The translations under genes and the position numbers were made by a program. A stretch of DNA of 64,000 bases, from NCBI GenBank assembly GCA_951406725.2, contig OX597827.1, positions 22,816,001 to 22,880,000 of the forward strand. The letters run 5' to 3'. How positions within the stretch are numbered: the first letter of the stretch is position 1; every line of letters starts with the position of its first letter. This stretch comes from Octopus vulgaris. Its lineage: Eukaryota. The notes beneath the pieces were generated by a model that saw nothing but the letters and a program-made list of their open reading frames with translations, was not told the origin of the DNA and made no database searches. Of the stretch, positions 41,001-52,659 are shown piece by piece.

Positions 41001-41939
41001 TGATAATGGAATACAATGTGCTAAAAAAGCCAATTTAAATACAAATATGCTATCTTGCATCACATAATCCAAGAAATACGGAGATGTGCCACATTATCCA
41101 TCAAAATATTCTACTACTGAAGCAAAACCTGAGTATGAAAAGCAAAATGTTACCCACTAAAACCACAACACCAACAGTCAAAGTATGGTTGCTCTCACTG
41201 GAACTGGCATCAACCTTATAAAAGACATGGATAGAATTTTTCTTGCCAGCTCAAACTCTCGTCCAATTGCAAATGTTGCCTTAATATTCAATTATATGTT
41301 GCCTCTGTAATTACTTCAACAATGGCCTGCCTAGTTATACAGATCTTAAACTGGAGAAGTTACCACATGCAACAGTGTTCAGATTGCCATAACTCTATTT
41401 TGAGTGTTGCTCTTTCTAAAGCCAGCAGTGTATGTCACTTTTGGCTTTACTTCCATGAGAAAAGAATTTTCCTGTCTTTCTGAAGAAGTGTTTTCATTAT
41501 AATTTATTTGTTCACAATGGGTATTTACTTCATCTTCGGTAAGTTCTCATATTTTTGTTATAGTCACCTGTGGCACGTAAAAGCACCCACTACACTCACG
41601 GAGTGGTTGGTGTTAGGAAGGGCATCCAGCTGTAGAAACACTGCCAAATCAAGATTGAAGCCTGGTGCAGCCTCCTGGCTTCCCAGATGCCAGTCGAACT
41701 GTCCAACCATGCCAACATGGAAAACGGGCGTTAAACGATGGTGTAGTTAAGAGAAAGTAAAAGTTCCCATTATGGCATTCTTTTGTATTAATTGGACTCA
41801 GTTGACTGGTGGAGTCTTTGAAACTGCTACATTTGTAGATCGTATCTTCATACTGTGTATTTGAAATGAGATATCTGGTGTGTGGGCTAAATTCCACAGT
41901 TTGCATTAAAAGAAAAGAAAGCAGAATGTCTCAACCAAA

Positions 41940-42660
41940 AGTAATTAAAAAATATCAATTAGATTATGGCTGAGAAATAACTGTTTACTCAAGATAACCA
42001 TCCTCGGCTTCTGCCACAGCCTCAAGATAGCTCCAGATCCTGGTGCATTTATTTCCTTACTGTCCCTGGCAAGATCTTTGAACACATCCTTGATCTTGGC
42101 CTTGGTGTTGCAGGCAGAGTGGATGGTGTCTTTCTCAACTATTCCCCACACATAGAAAACCATGGGATTACAATCAGGAGACCAGAAATTTGGGGCTGGT
42201 GAAGTCAGCAATTCTGCAATGACCACTTCTGACTCTATGGAAGTATGGCAATGAGCCAAATCCTGCTGCCACACATATGGCCTTCCAGCATAACCTTCTG
42301 CAGTCAGGGTTGGACCACAGCCTCCATCAGCTTCACATAGCGGTGTGAATTGAGCCTGAGGCTCTGTTACAAAGATGTGAGATGGCATGAGGCCACCCTC
42401 ACTGGAAACACACTGAAAGACCATCACAGTTTTGGAGGAACTTGCTTTTCTTGATATCTGTGCCATATCTTAAAGCCTTTATGGTGTCCACAGAGTATTG
42501 AGCAGCAGTTACAATGTCAGCATTTGGACCCCCATTGGGAATCATCATAGTACAGGTAACTATTCTCCACTATTCAGGTGGCTTCCAATCCCCAATGTCA
42601 GCCAGTTTTTTCTCAACTACAACTTTAATATTTATGCTCCCCAACACCGTTGACTGTTCA
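41940..42660 (-). mobile_element. Tc1/mariner superfamily (DD37D/maT-like) transposase remnant
   Basis: VMVFQCVSSEG..YVWQQDLAHCHTS..WSPDCNPMVFYVWGIVE. Confidence 0.75.
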
Positions 42661-43209
42661 CTAATACAGTAGGATGTTCCTGAAAAACAGAGATATGTGG
42701 AGACATAAAAATCATCAAATTTAACCTGAACAACACACACACACGTGTTTGTGCATATAATAGAAGTGAGTACAGGTTTATATATACAGACATCAGGACT
42801 TTATAAACTTTTGAGAGAACACCCAAAATACTTCTTTTTTGAAACAGGATCTTGAAACACATAAATCTATAAATAATGGCACACAAATATTGGGTTGAAA
42901 AATCCTTCCAGATAGAAAAAGTTGAAGGCAGCCACATGTCCAGGTTTAAATGTTGTGGAAGTGACCCCCACCTCTGTGTATATTGAATATTAGAGTAGTT
43001 TCCCTTTAAATATTTTGAATTCTTTACTAAATTTCAAACCTAAGTTACTGAAACACTCAACGTATTTTGGGGAAGAGCTTCACATCAAGGCCTACAATAT
43101 GAACATTAAGAATTTCAAAGCTATGGTGAGTGATTTAGAAGCACCATCATAGAAAGGCTTCTCTTTCTCTCCCTCTCTCTCTCCCTCCCCCTCCCTCTCT
43201 CTATATATA

Positions 43210-43385
43210 TAGTCACCATGATTGACCACTAAATCCACAAGTTTTTTTTTTTCTCTTTCTGTTGAAGTGTGTAGGCTTGAAATGTAAAAGACTTTCTCAA
43301 CTTCCCAAGCATCAAACTAATACACCTGCTTGTTGTTTATACACCTGTCTTTGTCTTTTGTTTTTCTGTAAATTTCAACTATATA
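43210..43385 (+). mobile_element. Short (TA)n-embedded repeat with degenerate hammerhead-like motif
   Basis: Homologous to 45340-45540 (tctgttgaag..aggct.gaaatgtaaaagacttt..cttcccaagcat..cacctgcttgtt). Confidence 0.6.
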
Positions 43386-43929
43386 ATACTATTCCACAGC
43401 CATACCAACAATCCAACATACCTCCATCATCAGCTGCCCCATGCATATATCATTATGGTTTCGACATTTGGGCAGTACCACTCAATCTGGTGGTGTCAAC
43501 AGCACTATTATTTAATATACACAATTACAAAAGAGGTGCTGATAGTTTCATACTTTAAGGTACATTGAATTAGCAGATTTATACAACATTTACTCCTAGT
43601 CCAGCCTCCTGGTTTTTAAATACATCTAATGTTATGAACTGAGTCTGAAAGATGGCATGAAGATAGATGGCATATTATGCAAATCTGTCAATTTAATGTA
43701 TCTTGAAACTATTAATAGCTCTTTTGTAATTGTGTGTATTAAATAATATTCATCTCTGACTGAATGGAGTTCTTTTTTTGCTGATCCTACCTATATTGAA
43801 ACTGTAAACTATGTGTGTGTGTGTATATATATATATGTATATTGCCCCAGCATGGCCACAGCTCATTAGCTGAAACTGGAAAAATCAAAATCAAAATCAA
43901 AAATATACACACACACACACACATGCACA

Positions 43930-44740
43930 CAATAATTTGATCTCACCAAAGGCCAAGCTGAAAAGCTAAAAAGAACGCTGTTGGTGAATATTAAAAACAA
44001 AATCTACAAAGAGCTAAGCGAGCAAGAAAAACGCAAATGTATATTTTTAAGAGAAATTAAAAACATCACCACACGAACAGAGAGAACCACACTTATGAAT
44101 ATAATATATGCAACTACAGAATCTCCTACTTCCTCTCAATGATCATACGCCCTATAATCCGGATGTCACCTGATGTTTGTGACAGCACGGAAGATCTCCT
44201 CAGCAGGATCAACGACTGTAACAACAGTTTGTTTGTGGGCTAAATCTACACACAGTACAATACCTATCCGTACAGGGTATTCTACTAAAAGGGTAGGTTC
44301 TACCGATTATGGATTTGATAGGGTTGCCTGGCTTTTCAACAACCTTAATCCGTACTATGTTATACATACATAATAATAATGATAATAGTAATAATAATGA
44401 TAATAATAAGTGGGTGTAAACACATGAACAAAATAAGAATAAACAAAAACAAATTACACAAACGTATATAAACAGGAGATACAAATATTACAGGCGTTTC
44501 CCCCCACACACACACACTAACTAAACATAGACGCACATAGAGATATACACATGCGCAAATGAAGACATACAAAAGAAATACAAAATGGCTGACGGTTAGT
44601 AAGGAGAGACACAAATAAGAAAGAAGAAAGCAAAGGACCACTGATGCGGTCACAGGAGTGTGACGAAAGAAGTCTGGCCGAAATAAGATTAAGATTAATG
44701 TAAAAAATAAATAACGCTGAAGCAAAATAACACCAAATAT
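43930..44740. mobile_element. Rearranged Penelope-like fragments
   Basis: + frame NYRISYFLSMIIRPIIRMSPDVCDSTEDLLSRIND abuts inverted - frame RIKVVEKPG..PFSRIPC..CTVC; hammerhead-like motif near the end. Confidence 0.55.
44638..44677 (+). ncRNA. Type-I hammerhead ribozyme-like motif (A9-to-C variant)
   Basis: cca CTGATGC g gtcaca-ggag-tgtgac GAAA gaag TC tgg. Confidence 0.55.
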
Positions 44741-44809
44741 ATAGTGTGTGTGTTTTTATTGGCTAAACTGGCAAAATGACCATTCCTAAATACAACAATA
44801 TATATATAT

Positions 44810-45058
44810 ATATCATCATCACCATCATTGTTCAACGTCCGTTTTCCATGCTAGCATGGGTTGGACGGTTTGACCGGGGTCTGGGAAGCCAGGAGGCTGC
44901 ACCAGGCTCCAGTCTGATCTGTCAGTGTTTCTACAGCAGATGCCCTTCCTAACGCCAACCACTCCGCGAATGTAGTGGGTGCTTTTTATGTGCCACCGGC
45001 ACAGGTGCCAGGGGAGGCTGACAGCGTCCATGATTGGTTGGTGCTTTTTACGTGCCAC

Positions 45059-45062
<4 letters not shown>
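44810..45062 (-). mobile_element. RTE-LINE 3' end repeat (family C)
   Basis: Near-consensus copy. Confidence 0.75.
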
Positions 45063-45091
<29 letters not shown>

Positions 45092-45095
<4 letters not shown>

Positions 45096-45177
45096 GGGTG
45101 TATGAAAAGTCTTGAGCCTCAGAAAAACAAAATATGTTACAAGACTTCAAGGTTCAAAACTTTTCATACACCCCTCA
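45092..45177. mobile_element. 86-bp mariner-like MITE
   Basis: ~28-bp TIRs tgaggggtgtatgaaaagt.ttga.cct; TA flanks. Confidence 0.8.
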
Positions 45178-45414
45178 TATGTACAGATAGTTTTGTGTGT
45201 GTGTGTATATATGAAGTGGTTGGCATTAGGAAAGGCATCCGGCCATAGAAACCATGTCAAATCAGAATGAAATAATCCAACCCATGCCAGCATGGACAAC
45301 AGACATTAAATGATGATGATGATACATACGTGTGTATATAAACTGTTAATCCCTAAACATCTTTTTCTCTCTCTGTGTTTTTTTTTTCATTCTCTTTCCT
45401 TTTTTCCTCTTAAT

Positions 45415-45452
45415 CTTTTCTGTTGAAGAGCCTAGGCTCGAAATGTAAAAGA
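45415..45452 (+). ncRNA. Minimal hammerhead-like motif (CUGUUGA variant)
   Basis: ctttt CTGTTGA a gagc-ctag-gctc GAAA tg TA aaaga. Confidence 0.45.
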
Positions 45453-45676
45453 CTTTTCCATTCTTCCCAAGCATTAAACACCTGCTTGTTATTCCTACAC
45501 TGGTCTTCATTTTTTGCTTTCTGTAAATTTGAACTATAAGTATATATATATAGTTTGATGATGCAAATGATTGGCAGAAGTTTGTGACTCAAGAGCTTAG
45601 ATAATACAGTTCTATATTTAAGAGATGAGGAATTATTTACATTTGACGGATATTTGTCCTCATCTTGTTTGTTGTT

Positions 45677-45722
45677 AACACAACGTTTCGGCTGATATAC
45701 CCTCCAGCCTTCTTCAGGTGTC
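45677..45722 (-). ncRNA. Minimal type-I hammerhead ribozyme motif
   Basis: gacac CTGAAGA a ggctg-gagggtatat-cagcc GAAA cg TT gtgtt; palindromic helix III ACGU. Confidence 0.7.
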
Positions 45723-45925
45723 TTGGGGAAATTTCGAACCTGGGTTCTCATTCCTAAGGTATTTTTTGATGTTATTATTATCTGGCATAGGGGTTAAGAG
45801 TATGGGTTACTAACCCCAAGATTCCGAGTTTGATTCCAGGCAGTGGCGTGAATAATAATAATAATAATAACAACAACATCAAAAAATACCTTAGGAATGA
45901 GAACCCAGGTTCGAAATTTCCCCAA

Positions 45926-45971
45926 GACACCTGATGAAAGCTGGAGGGTATATCAGCTGAAACATTGTGTT
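45926..45971 (+). ncRNA. Minimal type-I hammerhead ribozyme motif
   Basis: gacac CTGATGA a agctg-gagggtatat-cagct GAAA ca TT gtgtt. Confidence 0.62.
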
Positions 45972-47523
45972 AACAACAAACAAGATGAGGACAAATATCT
46001 GTCAAATGTAAATAATGTCAAGAGCTTGGAGTTGTGCATTGGCACTTACTACATTGATTTGTGCCAATCCTTGGAACCTCAAGTTACTCTCTAGCTTCTA
46101 CTGATTATTAATAATGATAATCTTTTCTGATATAGGCAAAAGAACTGAAGTTTTTTGTGAGGGTTGCCAGTCAATTGCCTGCAATGCCCTCTCCTCTCTC
46201 AAAGGATCTTTGTTTTGCAAGTTACTTGGTGGCCCTACCAGTTCTGATGCCACATAAAAAGCACCCAGTCTACACACACTGTAAAACGGTTAGTGTTTGG
46301 AAGGTCATCCAGCTGTAAAAACCATGTGAAAACAGACACTGAAGCCTGGTGTAATCTTCTGCCTGGTCATCTCCTGTCAAACCATCCAACCCATGCCAGC
46401 ATGGAAAACAGACGTTAAATGAGGATGATGATAAAATACATCTGTTTTCCGTTTTGGCATGGGTTGGACGGTTTGATAGAGTCCAGTGAGGCCCAGAACC
46501 ACGTTAAGATCCAGTGTCATTTTTGGTATGATCCCTACAACCGGATGCTCTTCCCAACACCAACCACTTTCTTATGTGTACTGGTGCTTTATTTTATCAA
46601 GCCACTCGCACAAATGTGGTTGCCAAGTAAATTGCAAGATGAGAAAAGAACAAGAAAAAGCCCCCCCCCAACTAAGTAGGGGGAGTATTTAAGAAGGGGT
46701 TGGTTTTATGCCATGTGTTGAGAAGCTAAGCTATGATAGAGGGACAAGGAAAGGTGTTTTGGCACAAAGGAGACACACGGCTATCCTGCATTATATTGGA
46801 CGGCAGGAATAGCTAGAAAGAAATATTATAAGTTGGTGTGCTTCGAGGAAAAGTTAGTTCTCGACAGAAGTATTTTCATAAGAAACGAGAAGAACGATGT
46901 TGAACTTTTATCACAGCTGTCCAACAAACTTTATATTATAATTTTCCAAGATGGAGCCAGGCAGAAACATGAAACACGCATTTCCTCACGGTACAAAAAC
47001 TCTTCTTGATTTATACACACACACATCTTTATAAAGACATACATCAGTCAATGTACTCGTCTTTTCTCAGGAAAAAATTATTCCGAAGACAAAATACGAA
47101 ACAAATGCTACCAAAACAACGACTGCCTCTGTTACAGCACGTGACATTCGGTGTTGTTGTTTTAGTGTCCCCTCTCATTTTTAATCGTCCTCCACACTTT
47201 GGATCCCAGAAACTATTTCCAGTGTCTATGTTGCACTTCAAACTAAACTGTCAGTTTGTCCTCTCGTTGCGCTCTTACTTTTCGATGCCTGCTTTGCTTG
47301 TAAACAGTTTAGTGTCAAGAAAAACACATCTCCGGCTGACTGTCATTGGTTTAACATCAATTTTCTCCAACAGGATCGAAACACGTCCTTTTGCTTTTGC
47401 ATGGAACTGAACTCTCTCCATCATTTCTTTCTTTCGTCTAATTTTTCGTTCATTTCTGAAGCCGTTGACTATCGGTCATCTTCTATAGCTCCAAATCAAA
47501 TCTGATAAACTGAAAGCGAAGCT

Positions 47524-48009
47524 ATGAAATGGCGGCCAGTGTCCTTGCTGACCAAATTTGGCCGTTTTTCTTTCACTCTCGTCCAGGTAGGTTGTATGGC
47601 TTACTGTGTGAACAGCTATATCGGCAGTGTGGTTTACTGCTCCGGACCATCTATGGAACCAACAATAATCAATCGAGACATTGTCCTCACTGAACAGATC
47701 TCGGTGAGACGAAACAGGCTCCATAAAGGTGACGTCGTTGTTTCTGTCTCTCCCGAGAATCCTAAATCGTTCATCTGTAAAAGACTTGTGGCCTTCGAGG
47801 GCGACTGCATCTTCAACGACATTGACAACTCTTTCCAGTACGTACCCCGTGGACATGTCTGGTTGGAAGGGGACAACAAGTCAAACTCAAGTGACTCGCG
47901 TTTCTACGGACCAGTTCCTTATGGACTGTTGAAGGGCAGAGTATGCCTCAAGATCTGGCCTCTCTTTAAATTCGGCAAGCTACCGTATTGTCCAGACAAT
48001 ATAGACTGA
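47524..48009 (+). CDS. IMMP1L: Mitochondrial inner membrane protease subunit 1 (peptidase S26), single-exon CDS
   Basis: 161 aa; CSGPSMEPT (catalytic Ser), ICKR (catalytic Lys), VPRGHVWLEGDN..SSDSR.YGPVPYGL. Confidence 0.95.
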   Translation: MKWRPVSLLTKFGRFSFTLVQVGCMAYCVNSYIGSVVYCSGPSMEPTIINRDIVLTEQISVRRNRLHKGDVVVSVSPENPKSFICKRLVAFEGDCIFNDIDNSFQYVPRGHVWLEGDNKSNSSDSRFYGPVPYGLLKGRVCLKIWPLFKFGKLPYCPDNID

Positions 48010-48062
48010 TGGAATTGATGGGACATTTTTCTTTATAATCTATCTACCTATCTGTCTGTTTA

Positions 48063-48063
48063 T

Positions 48064-48107
<44 letters not shown>

Positions 48108-48150
48108 AATTGAGATAGGGGTTGTAAATGCAACCCTATATACATATATA

Positions 48151-48233
<83 letters not shown>

Positions 48234-48256
48234 AATACATACATATATATATATAT

Positions 48257-48291
<35 letters not shown>
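48063..48291. repeat. Compound (TA)n microsatellite
   Basis: Three long TA tracts immediately 3' of IMMP1L. Confidence 0.95.
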
Positions 48292-48696
48292 AACAATGTG
48301 TGAGTGCTTTTCTAATGAAGACTTGTTTGTTTAGTCCCTGGTCATCCCCGATTGAACAGATCTAGGGGATCAAAGGTGTTCCAGCTGTGAAAATACTATT
48401 TTATTGATGATTTTTAAAAAAAATTCAGACCATGTATTTTGGACTACGTTAAATGTGTTCTTAGCGTTTTATTTAACATGGTAGAGTGTAATCTGAGGGG
48501 CATTTGGCTGATGTTTCTAGCAGTCTTATTGAGCCTGCGAAGGTTACATTGATAGGTGTTTCCATATTTGTGTATCGTGTTTATAGGTAACCCATTCATG
48601 TACCTGAGCAATCCCAGCTGTATATTTGAATTTACGCACACACACACACAGATGCATGTATGTATATATAGATGTATATATGTTGGTAGTATGTTA

Positions 48697-49383
48697 TCAT
48701 CATCGTTTAACGTCCGTTTTCCATGCTAGCATGGGGTCTGGGAAGCCAGGAGACTGCACTAGGCTCCAGTCTGATCTGGCAGTGTTTCTACAGCTGGATA
48801 CCTTCCTAACGCCAACCACTCTGTGAGTGTAGTGGGTGCTTTTTACGTGCCACCGGCACAGGTGCCAGGGGAGGCTGGCGACGGTCGGTTGGTGCTTTTT
48901 ACATGCCACCTGCACGGAAGCCAGTCAAGGCGGTGCTGGCATCGGCCACGTACAGATGGTGCATTTTACGTGCCACCGGCACACTAGTCAAGACCAGTAA
49001 AATAGTAGTCATGGCCGATGCCAGTGCTGTGTGACTGACACTCTTGTCGGTGGAATGTAAAAGGCACTGAACGTTGGGCCTCACGAAGGCAATGACAGGT
49101 GACCGAGGCTGTTCGCAATATACCTTTCTTGAGAAAACCTGTTGAGCCAAGCGAGATCGTAGTCGTGGCCGATGCTGGTATCAGGTAACTGACACCTGTG
49201 CCAGTGGCATGTAAAAAGCATCCACTACATTCTTGGAGTTGTTGGCATTAGGAAGGGCATCCAACCAGAGACCATTCCAAACCAGACTGGAACCTGGTGC
49301 TGCTCTCCAACTTTCCAGTTTTCAGTCAAACTGTCCAACCCATGCCAACATGGAAAATGGATGTTAAGTGATGATGATGATGA
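48697..49383. mobile_element. Two oppositely oriented RTE 3' end copies (family C)
   Basis: - copy 48697-48985 and + copy ~49000-49383. Confidence 0.7.
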
Positions 49384-49786
49384 TATATGTTTATATTAGT
49401 ATCTGTGTGTGTGTGGAGGCACATGGATACGATGTTGCACTCCTGGTTGCAAGAGAGTGGTTTCAATTCCCAGGCTGGCAGTCTGCTGTGTTCTTGAGGA
49501 AAAACACTGGAATTTACATTGCTCCAGTTTATTCAACCATGTATGGGGAACTGAGACAGGCTAAAGTTTAGCTCCGGTGAAATGCTGGTCCTCCCTCCTC
49601 ACCAGTGGAGTGGCAGCAGTACGATAATGGCAACAAGTGCATTGTGATGAGCAGTGTACTATGGCATTCAATAGTATGGTTGATGCAAGTGATAAATATG
49701 CATGTGTGTGTGTATCAATCATCATCACCATCATCATCATTTAACGTCTGTTTTCCATGCTGGCATGGGTTGGATGGTTTGACAAG

Positions 49787-50003
49787 GTGACGAGCTGGCA
49801 GAAACGTTAGCACGCCAGGCGAAATGTTTTGTGGTATTTTGTCCGCCACTACGTTCTGAGTTCAAATTCCGCCGAGGTCGACTTTGTCTTTCATCCTTTT
49901 GGGGTCAATTAAATAAGTACCAGTTATGCACTGGAGTCGATATAATCGACTTAATCCGTTTGTCTGTCCTTGTTTGTCCCTTCTGTGTTTAGCCCCTTGT
50001 GGG
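49787..50003 (+). mobile_element. SINE family A
   Basis: Consensus match. Confidence 0.8.
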
Positions 50004-50521
50004 TACAGGGCTAGAGAGCAGCACCAGCTTCTGAGATTGTTTTACCATTTTTTCCTGTAGCTGGATGCCCTTCCTGATGCCAACCATTTCACAGTCGACT
50101 GAGTGCTTTTTATGTGATACCTGCATATTTATATTTATGCATCATCATTTAATGTCTACTTTTCCATGCTTGTATGGGTTGGACAAAGTCTGTGGCTGGA
50201 TGTTCTTCCTGTTGTCAACCCTCACCTGTTTCCAAGAGAAGTAATATTTCCCTACATGGCAAGACATGTTTCTGTGGAAGATCAGAAATGAACAACTCTG
50301 CTTGTATGACAGTGACACTCATTTACAACTGTCATTCAGTCTCAAGACAAGCAGACACAAACACACACACATACATATATACGATGGGCTTTCAGTTTCT
50401 GTTGACCGATTCCACTTGTAAGGTATTGGACAACCTAGGGTTATAGAAGAAGACACTTGCTCAAGGTGCCATGTGGTGGGATTGAACATGAGACCACATT
50501 GTTGAGAAGTAAATATATATA

Positions 50522-50746
50522 CCTATTTCTTTACTACCCACAAGGGGCTAAGCACAGAGAGGACAGACAAACGGATTAAGTCGATTATATCGACCCCAGT
50601 GCGTAACTGGTACTTATTTAATCGACCCTGAAAGGATGAAAGACAAAGTCGACCTCGGCGGAATTTGAACTCAGAACGTAACAGCAGACGAAATACCACT
50701 AAGCATTTTGCCTGGCACGCTAACGTTTCTGCCAGCTCGCCGCCTT
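50522..50746 (-). mobile_element. SINE family A
   Basis: Consensus match, full length. Confidence 0.8.
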
Positions 50747-50750
50747 CATA

Positions 50751-50923
50751 AGCACAATAAACACATGCATCATACACTGTGATTCATCGTGGGCTTCTGC
50801 TACTGATACGGTATATATATTTACTTATATACCGTATCAGTAGCAGAAGCCCAGTTGATCTCCAAGCGAATAAAAACAAAACCACGATGAATCACAGTGT
50901 ATGATGCATGTGTTTATTGTGCT
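50751..50923. repeat. Long hairpin: 42-bp and 28-bp perfect stems with an asymmetric bulge
   Basis: agcacaataaacacatgcatcatacactgtgattcatcgtgg / rc and tgggcttctgctactgatacggtatata / rc. Confidence 0.9.
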
Positions 50924-52020
50924 CGAAGATGCACACAGGTTTGCAGCATATTCTCCTGTGCATCCATTTTAGTAACTGTGATGAAACACCCATCAACACA
51001 TCGAGTGTATACAGTAAATAAGTATTATAGACACAAGTGTGGCTGTGTGGTAAGAAGCTTGCTTCCCAATCACATGGTTCTGGGTTTAGTCCTACTGCGT
51101 GGCACTGAGAGGTTTAAATAGTTTCTGTTACCTTGGTGACCTAATTAACAAATGAGGAGAGTGCCCTGAAAATATAGTTGCGGGACTAAGAATAGGAAGG
51201 AGAATGTTCCAAGAACTTTTACCTCTGTGGATAACAAACGATCTCTCAGCGTGAAAGGCAGATTGTATGATGCGTGTGTAAAGACAGCATTGCTACTTGG
51301 TTGTGAAATGTGGGCTGTGAATGTAGAAGATGTGAAATGAAACCATCTGGATGGGTGGTATCAGTGTGCATGTACAAAGTGTGTGAGGAGAAAAGCGGGC
51401 ATAAGCAGCATCTGATGTGCAATGGAGAAGATTGAGCTGGTAAGGTCATATGGTGCTTTTGGATGAATGGGGGTGTGTGTTTATATAATGCCCATACATA
51501 GATGTATTTAGGGAGGTGGGGTGAGTGTCCCTGAGGATGTAAACTGATGCTTTGTTTACCTTTCCTGTCAATCTGTCAGTGTATGTTGGCATATGATGGT
51601 CAGGTGAGACACACACACACACCCAACTTATCCACCAATTAACATCTCCATTTCTGTTACCTTTATCCTCCACCACCACTGCTGCTGCCACCACAGCCAC
51701 CTGTGTAAAGCAGGGTACAACCGAACAGTGTAGCACAACTCTACTGTGTAGGGCAGTACAGTGTATAGCTGTATAACTGCTGCAGTATATTACAGAACTG
51801 GGTTTGACTACGTAACTGTTGCTTTATGTGACAGTGTGTAAATCTATGGTTGTGAGAATGTATGTGTGTGTGTGTGTGTGTGGTTGTTACAGGTTTAGTC
51901 TCACTACTTGGCAAGTGTCTTCTGCTATTGTGAAACTGCTAAGTAATGGGGATGTAGATACACTGACATACACACATACACATACATAAATATGTATATA
52001 TGTGTTTGGATGTATGTATG

Positions 52021-52055
<35 letters not shown>

Positions 52056-52344
52056 GTATACATATGTATGCATATAGATATATGTACATATATATATATA
52101 TATTATATATCATCATCAACATTTAATGTCTGTTTTCCATACATGGGTTGGATGGTTTGACAGCATGTGGTGGCAAAGCCAGGGGGCCGCATCAGGTTCC
52201 ATAACCTGTTTCGGCTTGGTTCCTACTGCTGCACACCCTTCTTAATGCCAACCAGTTTATACACGTATATACTTATATACACACGCATATGTCCAGAATC
52301 AGTCACACTTGAGTAAATCTGTAACTCTGCTGCCCTATAAACCA

Positions 52345-52640
52345 CCATCATCATCATTGTCTCTTAACATCCGCTTTCCATGCTGGCATGGGTTGGACGG
52401 TTTGACTGAGGACTGGTGAGCCAGAAGGCTGCACCAGGCTCCAATCTAATCTGGCAATGTTTCTACAGATGGGTGCCCTTCCTAACGCCAACCACTCTGA
52501 GAGTGTAGTGGGTGCTTTTTACGTGCCACTGACATGAGGGCCAGTCAGGCAGTTCTGGCAATGACCACGCTCAAAAGGTGTTTTTACGTGCTACCTGCAT
52601 GGGAGCCAGTCCAGCAGCACTGGCAACGACCACGTTCGAA
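52345..52640 (-). mobile_element. RTE-LINE 3' end repeat (family C)
   Basis: Consensus match. Confidence 0.75.
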
Positions 52641-52659
52641 TGTTTTATATATATATATA

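Larger units (their letters stand above)
45605..46017. mobile_element. Hammerhead-bearing non-autonomous element: inverted arm, tRNA-like head, (AAT)n, forward arm
   Basis: Arms 45605-45780 and ~45860-46017 are reverse complements; TSD tcaagagctt(a/g)ga at 45589-45601 and 46018-46030. Confidence 0.8.

Noticed and set aside
45782-45850. Functional tRNA gene
   Set aside because: A- and B-box-like motifs are present but no good cloverleaf; interpreted as a SINE head. The same holds for family A and B heads.
47044-47856. Minus-strand ORFs near or antisense to IMMP1L, and a possible divergent first exon
   Set aside because: No recognisable domain and no downstream partner exons identified.
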